DNA of 64,000 nt from Prochlorococcus sp. scB241_528O2 (GCA_000634115.1 JFLJ01000123.1:8193-72192); one strand, 5' to 3'. Shown: positions 10,269-21,829, counted from the stretch's first letter. The notes: generated by a model not told the origin, from the sequence alone. A program made the numbers and translations.

Positions 10269-11444
10269 CTATTTACCCATCCCTAGCTGTTGCGCTTTTT
10301 GATAAACCTTACCCTCTGTAAGAAGAGATGGAGCAATAACAATTTCAACCTTTTGCATTTCTTTGATATTTTTAGCTCCAAGAGTACTCATTGATGTTCT
10401 AATGGCCCCTAATAAATTGTGTGTACCATCATCAAGTAAGGCAGGGCCTTTAATTATCCTTTCTAAAGATCCTGTAGACCCAACTTCAATTCTTGTACCC
10501 CGTGGCAAAATAGGGCTAGGTGTAGCCATACCCCAGTGAAATCCTTTACCTGGAGCATTCGATGATTTAGCTATCGGCGAGCCAATCATTACAGCATCTG
10601 CTCCACATGCTAAACATTTACAAATATCTCCGCCTGTCACAATTCCTCCATCACCAATAATGGGAATATAACGACCACTTTCTCTAAAATAATCATCTCT
10701 TGCTGAACTACAATCAGCAATTGCGGTTGCTTGAGGGATTCCGATTCCCAATACTCCTCTTGAAGTACATGCCGCTCCAGGCCCTATACCAACCATTAAT
10801 CCTGCAACTCCTGCATTCATAAGAAGTTTGGCGACTTCATAAGTAACGCAGTTACCAGCAACAACTGGTACTTTCATAGATTGACAAAGGTCTTTAATAT
10901 TTAAGGTTTCCTTACCTTCCATACCGAAATGCACAGTTGATACGACTGTTCCTTGAAGGAAAAATAAATCTATTTTGGAATTATTGAGTGTCTCTTTAAA
11001 TTTGATGGCAGCTTGAGGCGTTCCACTAAACGCAGCAATACCGCCTCTTTCTTTAACCTCATTTATTCTCTGTAAAATTAATTCCTCCTTAACAGGTTCA
11101 CTGTATATCTTCTGCATTAATGGAACAAAATCATTTTTCCCGACTGATGCTATTTGATTTAATATTTCATCAGGATTTTCATATCGTGTTTGTATGCCCT
11201 CCATATTGATGACCCCTAGGGCACCTAATTTGGTAAGTTCTACAGCAGTATTAACATCAACAACGCTGTCCATAGCGCTAGCTACAATTGGGACTTCTCT
11301 CTTTAAATCACCAATTAACCATGAAGGATCTGTCAAATCGTAATCAAGCGTTCTTTTCCCAGGTACTAAGGCTATTTCGTCGATGCCATAAGCTCTTCTG
11401 ACTTTTTTGTTTAAACCAAGTTCAATATTCACGGAATTTTTCAT
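10269..11444 (-). CDS. guaB: IMP dehydrogenase family protein (GuaB3 type, no CBS domains)
   Basis: ASAMDSV, AGNCVT, GIGPGAACTSR catalytic loop, GDGG, WGMA. Confidence 0.9.
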   Translation of the reverse strand: MKNSVNIELGLNKKVRRAYGIDEIALVPGKRTLDYDLTDPSWLIGDLKREVPIVASAMDSVVDVNTAVELTKLGALGVINMEGIQTRYENPDEILNQIASVGKNDFVPLMQKIYSEPVKEELILQRINEVKERGGIAAFSGTPQAAIKFKETLNNSKIDLFFLQGTVVSTVHFGMEGKETLNIKDLCQSMKVPVVAGNCVTYEVAKLLMNAGVAGLMVGIGPGAACTSRGVLGIGIPQATAIADCSSARDDYFRESGRYIPIIGDGGIVTGGDICKCLACGADAVMIGSPIAKSSNAPGKGFHWGMATPSPILPRGTRIEVGSTGSLERIIKGPALLDDGTHNLLGAIRTSMSTLGAKNIKEMQKVEIVIAPSLLTEGKVYQKAQQLGMGK

Positions 11445-11611
11445 TTATTCTGATTAAATTAACAACTAACGGGGTAATAAGCCAAGGTTTATTCAAAAAC
11501 AACAGGTTTTTTTTTTATTTGTGTGTAAATGTGAGTATTTGGGAATTAAATATATAATTTTTTTTATTCATTATGACAATCAGCGATTATTATTAAAGAA
11601 AGGTTTTTTGT

Positions 11612-14209
11612 ATGTCTGATATTGTAGATTCCGGTAACTCTGGATTAAGCGAAGATAACGATCGAATTATTCAGACCGACTTAAGAAATGAGATGTCTCG
11701 TTCTTATCTTGAGTATGCAATGAGCGTTATAGTTGGTCGCGCGCTTCCAGATGCAAGAGATGGATTAAAGCCTGTTCATAGAAGAATTCTTTATGCAATG
11801 TATGAACTTGGTTTGACTAGCGGTAGACCTTACAGAAAATGTGCAAGGGTTGTAGGAGAAGTTCTTGGTAAATACCATCCCCATGGCGATACTGCTGTCT
11901 ATGATGCATTGGTGAGGATGGCTCAAGACTTTTCTATGAGAATGCCACTTATAGATGGTCATGGAAACTTTGGTTCTGTAGATAACGACCCTCCAGCAGC
12001 GATGAGATATACAGAATCTCGTCTACAGTCTCTTACAGATGAAAGTTTACTAGAGGATATTGAATCTGAAACCGTAGATTTCGCTGATAACTTTGACGGT
12101 TCTCAACAAGAACCAACAGTTTTACCGGCAAGAATCCCCCAACTACTTTTAAATGGATCATCTGGTATAGCTGTAGGAATGGCAACTAATATTCCACCTC
12201 ATAACTTAGGAGAATTAATTAATGGCCTAAAATCAATAATCAAAGACCCTTCGATTGAAGATAGAGAACTGTTTGAACTAATTAAGGGTCCTGATTTTCC
12301 CACTGGCGGTCAAATCTTAGGAAGAGATGGTATTAGAGAAACTTTCAAAACAGGAAGAGGTTCAATAACTATGAGAGGTGTAGCAAATATCGAGCAAATT
12401 AAATCAGCTGGTAGGACAGAAAAAGATGCCGTAATAATTACAGAACTTCCTTTTCAAACTAATAAAGCAGCTTTAATAGAGAGAATTGCAGACTTGGTTA
12501 ATGAGAAAAAATTAGAGGGTATTTCTGATATTAGAGATGAAAGTGATCGAGATGGTATGAGGATTGTTATCGAGCTAAAAAGAGATGCTTATCCACAAGT
12601 AGTTTTAAATAATTTATTTAAGTTAACACCTCTACAAAATAACTTTAGTGCCAATATTCTTGCTTTAGTTAAAGGAGAACCGACAACTCTTTCACTTCGT
12701 AAAATGTTAGATGTATTTCTAGATTTCAGGGTAGAAACAATAAGGAGAAGAACAGGTTTTTTATTAAAAAAAGCGGAAGAAAGAGATCACATTGTAAAGG
12801 GACTTTTACTAGCCTTAGGAGTTTTGGATAACATCATCAATCTAATAAGATCAGCAAAAGATACAATTTCAGCTCGAGAAAAATTACAAACTGATCATGA
12901 GCTATCTTCAACACAGGCAGAAGCAATTTTACAAATGCAGTTAAGAAGATTGACAGCCTTAGAGGCAGATAAAATTAAAGCAGAACATGATGAATTAACT
13001 CAAAAAATAAATCAATATCAGCAAATATTGAACAGTAAGGAAAGAATTTTTGAAATTATTCTTGAAGAACTTAATAAAATCGATGAAAGATTTTCTTCTC
13101 CAAGGAAAACAGAAATACTTGATCTAGGTGGAGGTTTAGATGATATTGATCTAATAGCTAATGACAGATCAGTAGTTTTATTAACTGAAGCGGGTTATTT
13201 AAAAAGGATGCCCGTTAATGAATTTGAATCTACCAGTCGTGGGTCAAGGGGTAAAGCTGGCACAAAGACCCAAGAAGATGATGAGGTGAAATTATTTATA
13301 AGCTGTAATGATCATGATACTCTTTTGCTTTTCAGTGATAGAGGGGTAGTTTATGCTCTGCCAACATATAGAGTTCCTATGAGTAGCAGAACGGCAAAAG
13401 GTACTCCATCCGTTCAACTACTCCCAATACCGAGAGAAGAAAAAATAACTTCACTAGTTGCAGTAGATTCTTTTGATAACGATAGCTATTTATTAATGCT
13501 AACAAAGGCTGGGTTTATAAAAAGAACCGCACTTTCTGCTTTCTCAAAAATTCGCTCAAATGGTTTAATTGCAATTAATCTTGAGGATGGTGACGCCCTG
13601 ACATGGGTAAGATTATCAAGAGAAGGAGATAGTGTCTTAATTGGATCAAGGACAGGAATGGCTATTCATTTCAGATTAGATATTAACGAATTAAGGCCAC
13701 TTGGCAGGACAGCCAGGGGGGTGAAATCAATGAACCTGAGAGAAGGAGACAATCTAGTATCCATGGATGTTTTAACTTCTGATTTGGTTGATCAGATAGC
13801 TAAAATCGAGGATAATAATAAAGAAATTGATGAGAATCTTGAAGTTAATGCTTCAGATGGTCCCTGGGTATTAATAGCAAGTGCATTTGGACTAGGAAAG
13901 AGAGTACCGGTAACTCAATTTAGATTACAAAAGAGAGCAGGTATGGGCTTAAGAGCTATAAAGTTCAGAATTAAAGATGATGTACTAGTTTGTTTAAAGG
14001 TCCTTGGTCAAGGAGAAGAATTACTTTTTGTGACCGAAAAAGGTGTAATAGTTAGAACAAACGCAGATAAAATTTCTCAGCAATCTAGAGCAGCTACTGG
14101 AGTAAAATTACAAAAATTGGATGAAGGTGATCATTTATCAGAAGTGGTATTAGTTCCTCGTGAACAAATAGAGAAAATAGATGAACTAAGTTCAGGGGAA
14201 GGAAAATAA
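11612..14209 (+). CDS. gyrA: DNA gyrase subunit A
   Basis: [29 protein letters not shown] (catalytic Tyr), C-terminal beta-pinwheel repeats. Confidence 0.96.
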   Translation: MSDIVDSGNSGLSEDNDRIIQTDLRNEMSRSYLEYAMSVIVGRALPDARDGLKPVHRRILYAMYELGLTSGRPYRKCARVVGEVLGKYHPHGDTAVYDALVRMAQDFSMRMPLIDGHGNFGSVDNDPPAAMRYTESRLQSLTDESLLEDIESETVDFADNFDGSQQEPTVLPARIPQLLLNGSSGIAVGMATNIPPHNLGELINGLKSIIKDPSIEDRELFELIKGPDFPTGGQILGRDGIRETFKTGRGSITMRGVANIEQIKSAGRTEKDAVIITELPFQTNKAALIERIADLVNEKKLEGISDIRDESDRDGMRIVIELKRDAYPQVVLNNLFKLTPLQNNFSANILALVKGEPTTLSLRKMLDVFLDFRVETIRRRTGFLLKKAEERDHIVKGLLLALGVLDNIINLIRSAKDTISAREKLQTDHELSSTQAEAILQMQLRRLTALEADKIKAEHDELTQKINQYQQILNSKERIFEIILEELNKIDERFSSPRKTEILDLGGGLDDIDLIANDRSVVLLTEAGYLKRMPVNEFESTSRGSRGKAGTKTQEDDEVKLFISCNDHDTLLLFSDRGVVYALPTYRVPMSSRTAKGTPSVQLLPIPREEKITSLVAVDSFDNDSYLLMLTKAGFIKRTALSAFSKIRSNGLIAINLEDGDALTWVRLSREGDSVLIGSRTGMAIHFRLDINELRPLGRTARGVKSMNLREGDNLVSMDVLTSDLVDQIAKIEDNNKEIDENLEVNASDGPWVLIASAFGLGKRVPVTQFRLQKRAGMGLRAIKFRIKDDVLVCLKVLGQGEELLFVTEKGVIVRTNADKISQQSRAATGVKLQKLDEGDHLSEVVLVPREQIEKIDELSSGEGK

Positions 14210-14233
14210 AATACGAATGGTTAATTAAATAAT

Positions 14234-15445
14234 ATGGAAGTACTTGATATTTTAATTTTAGGCTCCGGGCCTGCAGCATTATGTTTAGCTTCTGAATTAG
14301 CCCAGCAAGATCTAAACATAAAGGGGATATCAACAAAATCGCCAAATGAAAAGTGGGAGAATACTTATGGCATATGGGCATCTGAATTAGAAGAATTAGG
14401 GTTAGAGTCTTTGTTATCTCACCGATGGTGTAAAACAGTTAGTTTTTTCGGAAGTGGGGAAAATAAGAAGGGGGATGTTCCAACAAAACATAACTATGAT
14501 TACGGTTTAATAAATCAAGAAGCCTTTCAAAATGAACTTTTAAAAAAATGCAAAGGGATTGAATGGTTGAATGAAACTGCTAAAGATATTTCAGAGAAAA
14601 ACAAACTATCTGAAGTTATTTGTTTATCAGGTCTAAAAATAAAGGCAAGGTTAGTTATTGATGCAAGTGGGCATAATAGTAAATTTGTAAAAAGACCTGT
14701 TCAAGATGAAATTGCTCAGCAATCTGCGTATGGAATCGTTGGGAAATTCTCTTCACCACCTGTTAATAAAGAACAGTTTGTTTTAATGGATTTCCGTCCA
14801 AATCATTTAAACAAAGAAGAAAAGTTATACTCTCCTTCCTTCCTTTATGCAATGGATCTAGGAGATGAAACATTTTTTGTTGAAGAAACCTCATTAGCTA
14901 GTTATCCAGCATTATCTCAAGAAAATCTAAAAAAAAGACTGTTGAAGAGACTCAATAGAAAGGGTATTAAGGTAACTGAGATTTTTCATGAAGAGAATTG
15001 CCTTTTTCCAATGAATTTACCTCTACCATTCAAAAATCAATTTGTACTTGGTTTTGGAGGGGCCGCAAGTATGGTACATCCTGCCTCAGGATATATGATC
15101 GGATCTTTATTAAGAAGAGCTCCACTCCTTGCAGAAAAATTAGCAATCTTTTTAAAAGAACCTCATCTAAGTTCTCTAGAACTAGCAACAAAAGGGTGGG
15201 ACGTCCTATGGCCTTACGAATTAACTCAAAGACACAAGCTTTACCAATATGGTCTCAAAAGATTAATGACTTTTGACGAGAGTAGATTAAGAAGCTTTTT
15301 CTCAAATTTCTTCAGATTATCGACCAATGAATGGGTTGGTTTTCTAACAAATACACTTCCTCTTCCAAAACTAATTTATGTAATGAGTAAGATGTTTATT
15401 AATTCACCTTTAAAAGTAAAACTTGGGATGCTTAATTTAAATTAG
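14234..15445 (+). CDS. crtL: Lycopene cyclase (CrtL type, probably beta-cyclase)
   Basis: GSGPA FAD motif, NTYGIW, DASG, FLYAM, FVEETSL, ASMVHPASGY. Confidence 0.88.
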   Translation: MEVLDILILGSGPAALCLASELAQQDLNIKGISTKSPNEKWENTYGIWASELEELGLESLLSHRWCKTVSFFGSGENKKGDVPTKHNYDYGLINQEAFQNELLKKCKGIEWLNETAKDISEKNKLSEVICLSGLKIKARLVIDASGHNSKFVKRPVQDEIAQQSAYGIVGKFSSPPVNKEQFVLMDFRPNHLNKEEKLYSPSFLYAMDLGDETFFVEETSLASYPALSQENLKKRLLKRLNRKGIKVTEIFHEENCLFPMNLPLPFKNQFVLGFGGAASMVHPASGYMIGSLLRRAPLLAEKLAIFLKEPHLSSLELATKGWDVLWPYELTQRHKLYQYGLKRLMTFDESRLRSFFSNFFRLSTNEWVGFLTNTLPLPKLIYVMSKMFINSPLKVKLGMLNLN

Positions 15446-15450
15446 TATTC

Positions 15451-17034
15451 TTATTTTTGCCAATCATCAATAAGAATATCTGGGAAAACTTTGTCTTCTC
15501 CCTCAATATCTTCAAGAAATTTTAAATTAATATTGGAATGATTTTTAATCATATCTACTAACTCCCAAAACCTAAACAAGTGTCTTTCTATCCTCTCTTT
15601 TGCAAGCTCAGTGGTAGTTCCAGCTCGCAAAATAAAACTCCAATCAGAGGACTGAGAAAGAAGTAATTCTCTTGCTGCCTGCTTGAAAAGTCTTGTAGAT
15701 AACTCATTATTGAATTTTTTTGAGCATAAATCAACAAAAGTTGTGCCTGCTTTTGTTATTTCCGGAACGATCCATGAATTTGCATCATTAATCCAGTAGT
15801 TATGGTAACCACCTTGCCCCCAGCTTGATGGCGACGGATCGCAAATCTGAAGATTTGGCTTTTGAATTAAAAATTCTTTTAAATTTGTAAGCTTAATTAA
15901 GTATTTACTGGAGTTCTTTAAAATATTTTCAATAAAAAATGGTCCCTCATACCACCAATGTCCGAATAACTCGGCATCAAATGGAGCGACTAATAAGGGC
16001 TTAAAGGAAGAGGTTAAAGTTAATTTTTCTAATTGTTTGGATCTCTCTAGAAGATAAGAATCAGCATGCTCAGAAGCCTTCTTTTTGGCTTCATTTTCTA
16101 AGTAAAACTCTTTTTCACCTAATGGTACATTTTCATCTGTAATCTTATGAAATTTCAATCCCAAAGGTCGTTTAGTTGAAATACCTTTTTTCTCAAGCTC
16201 AGAGGCAGGTAATTCCCAACCTAAATCTTTATGAAATTCTCTATATACTTTGTCTCCAGGAAATCCATCCTTAGCAGACCAAACGGGCAAAGTTGACTCA
16301 CTATCTCTTCCAAAGAATGCAACTCCTTTTTTCGAGCAGATTGGTGCGTAAACACCATACCTAGGCCTTGGTGTGGCATTTAGGATCCCATGACCGTCTA
16401 AAATTGCATATCTAATTCCAGAATTAAAAAGTATTTCATCTAAATTTTCATAATATGCGCATTCAGGTAACCAAATACCTAAAGGCTTAGTACCAAAAAT
16501 ATTTTCATGGCTCCTAATAGCTGTACTAACTTGTCCTTTAACAGTTTCAGGATTCTCCCTTAGAATTGGTAAATATCCGTGTGTGGCAGCACAAGTAAGA
16601 ATGTCTAAATTTCCAGATTTATTTAATACTCTAAACTTCTCAATTAAATTTCCAGAACATTCTTGCCAATATAAATATTTGTTATTGAGATTTCTCATTA
16701 AAAATGCAGAGGCATTTTTTTCTTTTTGTGGTAATTCGTTTAAGAAAGCATTTCTTGTTTTAATCCAACATGGGAAAGTTTCTTGAATTTGTTTATTATC
16801 TAGAAGTGATAATAAAGTTGGAGACAAACTAATAGTAAGCTTTGTATTTAGAGGATTTTCTTTTTTGGAAGATTCTATTGCTTGAAGTAGTGGTATATAA
16901 CATTCCAAAATCGCCTGAAATAACCAATCCTCTTCTAAAGAGTTTTTTTCATTTTTTCTGACATAAGGAAGATGAGCATGTAAAACTATCGCTAGCTGAC
17001 CTAAAACATTTTTTTTTGGGTACTGCCCATTCAT
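15451..17034 (-). CDS. Glycoside hydrolase family 57 (branching-enzyme type)
   Basis: HAHLPYV, GIWLPEC nucleophile, PFDAELFGHWW acid/base, QSSDWSF. Confidence 0.9.
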   Translation of the reverse strand: MNGQYPKKNVLGQLAIVLHAHLPYVRKNEKNSLEEDWLFQAILECYIPLLQAIESSKKENPLNTKLTISLSPTLLSLLDNKQIQETFPCWIKTRNAFLNELPQKEKNASAFLMRNLNNKYLYWQECSGNLIEKFRVLNKSGNLDILTCAATHGYLPILRENPETVKGQVSTAIRSHENIFGTKPLGIWLPECAYYENLDEILFNSGIRYAILDGHGILNATPRPRYGVYAPICSKKGVAFFGRDSESTLPVWSAKDGFPGDKVYREFHKDLGWELPASELEKKGISTKRPLGLKFHKITDENVPLGEKEFYLENEAKKKASEHADSYLLERSKQLEKLTLTSSFKPLLVAPFDAELFGHWWYEGPFFIENILKNSSKYLIKLTNLKEFLIQKPNLQICDPSPSSWGQGGYHNYWINDANSWIVPEITKAGTTFVDLCSKKFNNELSTRLFKQAARELLLSQSSDWSFILRAGTTTELAKERIERHLFRFWELVDMIKNHSNINLKFLEDIEGEDKVFPDILIDDWQK

Positions 17035-17255
17035 ATTTTTTATATTTATGTCTGAAATTTTATAAAAACATCAAAATTAATCTTTTAAAGAAAACTTTAA
17101 TCTTAAAACAATACTTTAATAAATAAAGTATTTTATTTTTTTCTAAAAAACTTTAACCAATATTATTTAAGTAATGATCCTGTAGAAAGTTTTTTAATAA
17201 TAATCTAGTCAATTTTTTTTAATTAGCCTAATATAAGTTTAAATGTTTCTAAATA

Positions 17256-18884
17256 ATGTCTAAAGATCCAGGCAGAATTTTGATCTTTGATACAACACTT
17301 CGAGATGGAGAGCAATCTCCCGGTGCCAGTTTAAATCTTGAAGAAAAGCTTGCTATTGCGCATCAATTAGCAAGATTAGGGGTAGATGTTATTGAAGCTG
17401 GATTCCCTTTTGCAAGTCCTGGAGATTTTAAAGCTGTTAATAAAATTGCCAAATCTGTAGGAAAAGAAAATGGACCTATAATCTGCGGCCTCTCCAGAGC
17501 CTCCAAAGAAGATATAAAAGCATGTTACGAGGCAGTAAGTCCAGCCCCTAAGAAAAGAATACATACTTTCATTGCGACAAGTGATATACACCTTAAACAC
17601 AAACTTAGAAAATCTAGAAAAGATGTTCTTTCCATTGTTCCTGAGATGGTTAATTATGCAAAATCATTTGTAGATGACGTTGAGTTTTCTTGTGAAGATG
17701 CCTCAAGGAGTGATCCTGATTTTTTATACGAAGTTATTCAACTTGCAATTTCTTCAGGAGCAACAACAATAAATATCCCCGATACTGTAGGATTTACAAC
17801 TCCTAGTGAATTCGGTAAATTAGTTGCTGAAATAAATAAAAATGTCCCAAATATTGATGAGGCAGTTATATCTGTTCATGGTCATAATGATTTAGGCTTA
17901 GCAGTTGCTAATTTTCTAGAGGCAGTAAAAAATGGAGCAAGACAATTAGAATGCACAATTAATGGAATTGGGGAAAGAGCCGGGAATGCCTCTTTGGAAG
18001 AACTAGTAATGGCACTACATGTCAGGAAAAGTTTTTTTAATAGTTTTTTTAAAAGAAACCCCGATTCACCAACTCCTCTTACAGCAATAAGAACAGAAGA
18101 GATAACAAAAACTTCTAGATTAGTTTCAAATCTAACAGGAATGAACGTACAACCCAATAAAGCAATTGTTGGAGCTAACGCTTTTGCCCATGAGTCAGGG
18201 ATTCATCAGGATGGGGTATTAAAAAATAGACTAACTTACGAAATTATCGATGCAAAAACAGTTGGCTTAAGTGACAACAAAATATCTTTGGGGAAACTTA
18301 GTGGAAGGAGTGCGGTAAGAGCAAGACTAGAAGAGTTGGGATATGACTTAAGCAGAGAAGATTTAAATGATGCTTTTGCTCGTTTCAAGGATTTAGCTGA
18401 TAGGAAAAGAGAAATTACCGATAGAGATTTAGAAGCAATTGTAAGTGAACAAGTACAGCTACCAGAAGCTAAATTTCAATTAAGTCTTGTACAAGTTAGT
18501 TGCGGTAACGCATCTAAACCTACAGCTACCATTACGCTTTTAAATACAGAGGATAATACTGAGGATACTGCCGTAGCAATAGGGACTGGGCCTGTTGATG
18601 CAGTATGTGAAGCGTTAAATAAATTAGCTAAAGTTCCAAATGAATTAATTGAATTTTCTGTAAAGTCGGTAACAGAGGGTATTGATGCCTTAGGCGAAGT
18701 AACAATAAGAATAAGAAGGGATAGTAAAATATATTCTGGTCATTCTGCGGACACGGATGTAGTTGTTGCAGCGGCAAACGCTTACGTTAATGCTCTAAAT
18801 AGGCTTGTTTTCTCCGAGAAAAGAAATTCAATACACCCACAATTTGATAATTTAGAAAAACCTGAGAACAAAATTTCTATCTAA
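17256..18884 (+). CDS. leuA: 2-isopropylmalate synthase
   Basis: [34 protein letters not shown]-terminal regulatory domain. Confidence 0.97.
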   Translation: MSKDPGRILIFDTTLRDGEQSPGASLNLEEKLAIAHQLARLGVDVIEAGFPFASPGDFKAVNKIAKSVGKENGPIICGLSRASKEDIKACYEAVSPAPKKRIHTFIATSDIHLKHKLRKSRKDVLSIVPEMVNYAKSFVDDVEFSCEDASRSDPDFLYEVIQLAISSGATTINIPDTVGFTTPSEFGKLVAEINKNVPNIDEAVISVHGHNDLGLAVANFLEAVKNGARQLECTINGIGERAGNASLEELVMALHVRKSFFNSFFKRNPDSPTPLTAIRTEEITKTSRLVSNLTGMNVQPNKAIVGANAFAHESGIHQDGVLKNRLTYEIIDAKTVGLSDNKISLGKLSGRSAVRARLEELGYDLSREDLNDAFARFKDLADRKREITDRDLEAIVSEQVQLPEAKFQLSLVQVSCGNASKPTATITLLNTEDNTEDTAVAIGTGPVDAVCEALNKLAKVPNELIEFSVKSVTEGIDALGEVTIRIRRDSKIYSGHSADTDVVVAAANAYVNALNRLVFSEKRNSIHPQFDNLEKPENKISI

Positions 18885-18914
18885 TCCTAAAAATTAAATT
18901 ATTTCTTAGGATTA
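18882..18914 (+). terminator. Hairpin at the leuA stop, possible terminator
   Basis: 9-bp inverted repeat TAATCCTAA (18882-18890) / TTAGGATTA (18906-18914); weak U-tract. Confidence 0.45.
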
Positions 18915-18979
18915 TTAAGTAGCATTAAAAATATTCTCTTAATACTGTAGATTGATCAAATAGTTTAAAGCAGTAAATA

Positions 18980-19375
18980 ATGAGAGAAAGGGTAAAAGGA
19001 TATTGGTCTATGGCATGGTTAGGCCTGATATCTAACATAATTGCTATACCAATAAGTACTTTGATAATAATTTTTGTACCTCCACTTAAAGTTGCCAACT
19101 ATACTTTAGCTATAAGCCTTGGCTGGCCTGCCGCGATAGTTGGGATAGTTTCTTCTTCAGCTCTTTTAGCTGAAAAAAAATGGGGAGTTACTTTGACACT
19201 TGTATCACTTTCAATGGTAATTGCTGGTACGGGGCCATATTCTATTGTTAGATTAGCAACACTAAAAGAAGGTATTTATGGAATAGGAAGTTTTACTCTT
19301 TTAACTGCTTTAGTTAGCGTGTTAGCACTTTTGTATTGGTGCAACCCAAAACATCGAAGAACTATTAGATTATAA
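18980..19375 (+). CDS. Hypothetical integral membrane protein (about 4 TM)
   Basis: 131-aa ORF, four hydrophobic segments, basic C-tail NPKHRRTIRL. Confidence 0.75.
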   Translation: MRERVKGYWSMAWLGLISNIIAIPISTLIIIFVPPLKVANYTLAISLGWPAAIVGIVSSSALLAEKKWGVTLTLVSLSMVIAGTGPYSIVRLATLKEGIYGIGSFTLLTALVSVLALLYWCNPKHRRTIRL

Positions 19376-19384
19376 AATCCTTAT

Positions 19385-20902
19385 CTAAGAAAATGTATTA
19401 TTCTTAGCAGTTGGGTACTGAATCCTTCTATGTCTAATTCTCTTCCATACATTCAAGAACGCCCTTTTAATTAAATAAATTTCTCCCTTCGATAAATTAC
19501 TATCATCTAATTGGCCATCTTTTTGACGGGAGTAGATAATTTTAGATATAGTTTCCAAAGCTTCTTGATCAGATGCATTGATATTCATAGCTCTTAGTGC
19601 TGCTTCACACCCATCAGCAAGCATTAAAATAGCTGTTTCTTTTGACTGAGGAATAGGACCTTTGTATCTAAAATCATTTTCATTAATCTTGATATTTTTT
19701 TCTTTAGCTTTGTGAAGAAAATATCCCATTTTTAGAGTGCCTTGATGTTCTGGAATAAAGTTGGCTATTGGCTTAGGTAGTCTATTTTTTCTTGCATACT
19801 TTAATCCTTCATCAACATGCGCCTGTAATATCTCTGCACTTCTAATAGGATCATCTATTTCATCATGAGGATTTTTTGGACCATCCTGATTTTCAATAAA
19901 CCAATTAGGGGCATGTAATTTACCAACATCATGATACAACGCTCCAGTTTTAATTAGATCAATATCACCGCCGATAATTCTTGTTGCTTCCTCTGCTAAA
20001 CCACATATAAGTAAGGTATGTTCAAAAGTACCAGGAGCTTCAATAGACAATCTTCTAATGAGAGGTTTCTCTTTATCAGCCAATTCGAGTAATCTAGCTT
20101 TAGTTAATAGTCCAAATATCGATTCAAAAATAGGAATAAATAAAATAGTAAAAAGCATTACTATTGCCAATAAAAAGGAATCTGAAAATATATTGTCGTT
20201 AGCAAAAATAAATTCTTGTTTATCAATAAGAGATATTTTATTTTCACCTATAAATATCCATTGACTTAAGAACGATCCAATGGGAACAAAAATTGATAGT
20301 TGTAATAACTGAGCTCTACTTCTTATTCTTCCTCCGAGTAGAGAGACTATTGAAGCGCAAATTAATAAAATAAAAAATAAATTGTTATTAATAGTAATTG
20401 CTGATTCAGGCCAACTAAGGCTCGCTATAGATACCCAAGTCAAGGCCGTTATGCTTCCCATTCCTTGAGATATTATTAAAGCCGGCGGGATTATTATAGA
20501 TAATGGACTAATAGTTGAACCTAAGGCCAATTTCGAAGCCTGTACTGATAAAAGAAGAGTTATGAGCAATATAATCTGCCTTGAAGTAATTGTAGGATTC
20601 TCTCTCTTAGAAACTAATATCAAAACTCCAGAACTAACAAGTGCTTCAGAAAAGGTTAAAAGCCATGAAGAAATATCTGAGATATTTAAAGGCGAAATAA
20701 GAAGTAATTTATAAGAAGAAATTATTGAAATCAAAATGCATATTAAAAAAATTATAAGATTATCAATTTTTGAAATTTTAATTGGAAGTTTTATTGGAAC
20801 TTGACTCCTCCTCCACAGATAAAACAATTTTTTCAAGGTAGTTGTGATGTTTTGCACAGAATTATGAATAAATCTATTTGAATAATTTAAAATTATAGGC
20901 AT
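19385..20902 (-). CDS. Membrane HD-family phosphohydrolase (7TM-HD, PgpH-like); real start may be GTG at 20857
   Basis: Multiple TM helices then EAPGTFEH, YHDVGK, FIENQ, NPHD, FRYKGP.PQSKE, MLADGCEAA, RIQYP. Confidence 0.85.
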   Translation of the reverse strand: MPIILNYSNRFIHNSVQNITTTLKKLFYLWRRSQVPIKLPIKISKIDNLIIFLICILISIISSYKLLLISPLNISDISSWLLTFSEALVSSGVLILVSKRENPTITSRQIILLITLLLSVQASKLALGSTISPLSIIIPPALIISQGMGSITALTWVSIASLSWPESAITINNNLFFILLICASIVSLLGGRIRSRAQLLQLSIFVPIGSFLSQWIFIGENKISLIDKQEFIFANDNIFSDSFLLAIVMLFTILFIPIFESIFGLLTKARLLELADKEKPLIRRLSIEAPGTFEHTLLICGLAEEATRIIGGDIDLIKTGALYHDVGKLHAPNWFIENQDGPKNPHDEIDDPIRSAEILQAHVDEGLKYARKNRLPKPIANFIPEHQGTLKMGYFLHKAKEKNIKINENDFRYKGPIPQSKETAILMLADGCEAALRAMNINASDQEALETISKIIYSRQKDGQLDDSNLSKGEIYLIKRAFLNVWKRIRHRRIQYPTAKNNTFS

Positions 20903-20932
20903 GCTTGGTGTAAAAAGGAGATGTTTTTCTAA

Positions 20933-21829
20933 ATGTCATTAAAATTAGACGGTAAAAAATTATCTCTTGAAATTGAGGAAAGATTAAAAAACTATATTAC
21001 TAGTAATAAAAAAATTGCCAAAAGAACTCCTGGTTTAGCTGTAATAAGAATAGGGGAGGATCCCGCTAGTGGAGTTTACGTTAAAAACAAGGAAAAAGCA
21101 TGTTCAAGAGTGGGAATAAACAGCTTTATCTTTCATCTAAAAGATAATACAGAGCAAGAAGAAGTTGAACAATTAATAAACAAACTAAACAATGACAAGG
21201 ATATTGATGGAATGTTGTTGCAACTACCTATTCCAGAGAAATTTGATGAGCAAAGACTCATAAGTTATATTAATCCAGGTAAAGATGTAGATGGATTAAA
21301 TGAGATAAACATCGGTAAATTAATAAAAAACGAGCCTGCAATGAGATCTTGTACACCAGCAGGAATTATTAATTTATTAAGATCCCAAAATATAACAATT
21401 GAAGGAAAGAAAATTGTTGTAATAGGAAGAAGTTTACTAGTTGGCAAACCCCTATCGCTTATGTTGTTAAACCTTGATGGGACAGTAACAATGACTCATT
21501 CAAAAACATTGAATTTAAATAAAGTCTGTAAGGAAGCTGACATACTAATTGCTGCTGCAGGAAAACCTAATCTTGTTGATTCTAGTTTTGTTAAAGAAGG
21601 AGCAGTGATTATTGATGTTGGAATTCATAGATTAAAAAGTTCTGATAAAAATGAAACCAGATTATGTGGCGATGTATTATTAGAAGATGTCATTCCTAAA
21701 GTATTTGCTTATACGCCTGTTCCTGGAGGTGTTGGACCAATGACCGTAACAATGTTACTGGTAAATACTATTTTTAGCTGGCAAAAACAATTTAGTTTAT
21801 CATCAACCCTAAATGACCTTCTGCCTTGA
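20933..21829 (+). CDS. folD: Bifunctional methylene-THF dehydrogenase/cyclohydrolase
   Basis: [38 protein letters not shown]; AGGAG SD upstream. Confidence 0.96.
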   Translation: MSLKLDGKKLSLEIEERLKNYITSNKKIAKRTPGLAVIRIGEDPASGVYVKNKEKACSRVGINSFIFHLKDNTEQEEVEQLINKLNNDKDIDGMLLQLPIPEKFDEQRLISYINPGKDVDGLNEINIGKLIKNEPAMRSCTPAGIINLLRSQNITIEGKKIVVIGRSLLVGKPLSLMLLNLDGTVTMTHSKTLNLNKVCKEADILIAAAGKPNLVDSSFVKEGAVIIDVGIHRLKSSDKNETRLCGDVLLEDVIPKVFAYTPVPGGVGPMTVTMLLVNTIFSWQKQFSLSSTLNDLLP

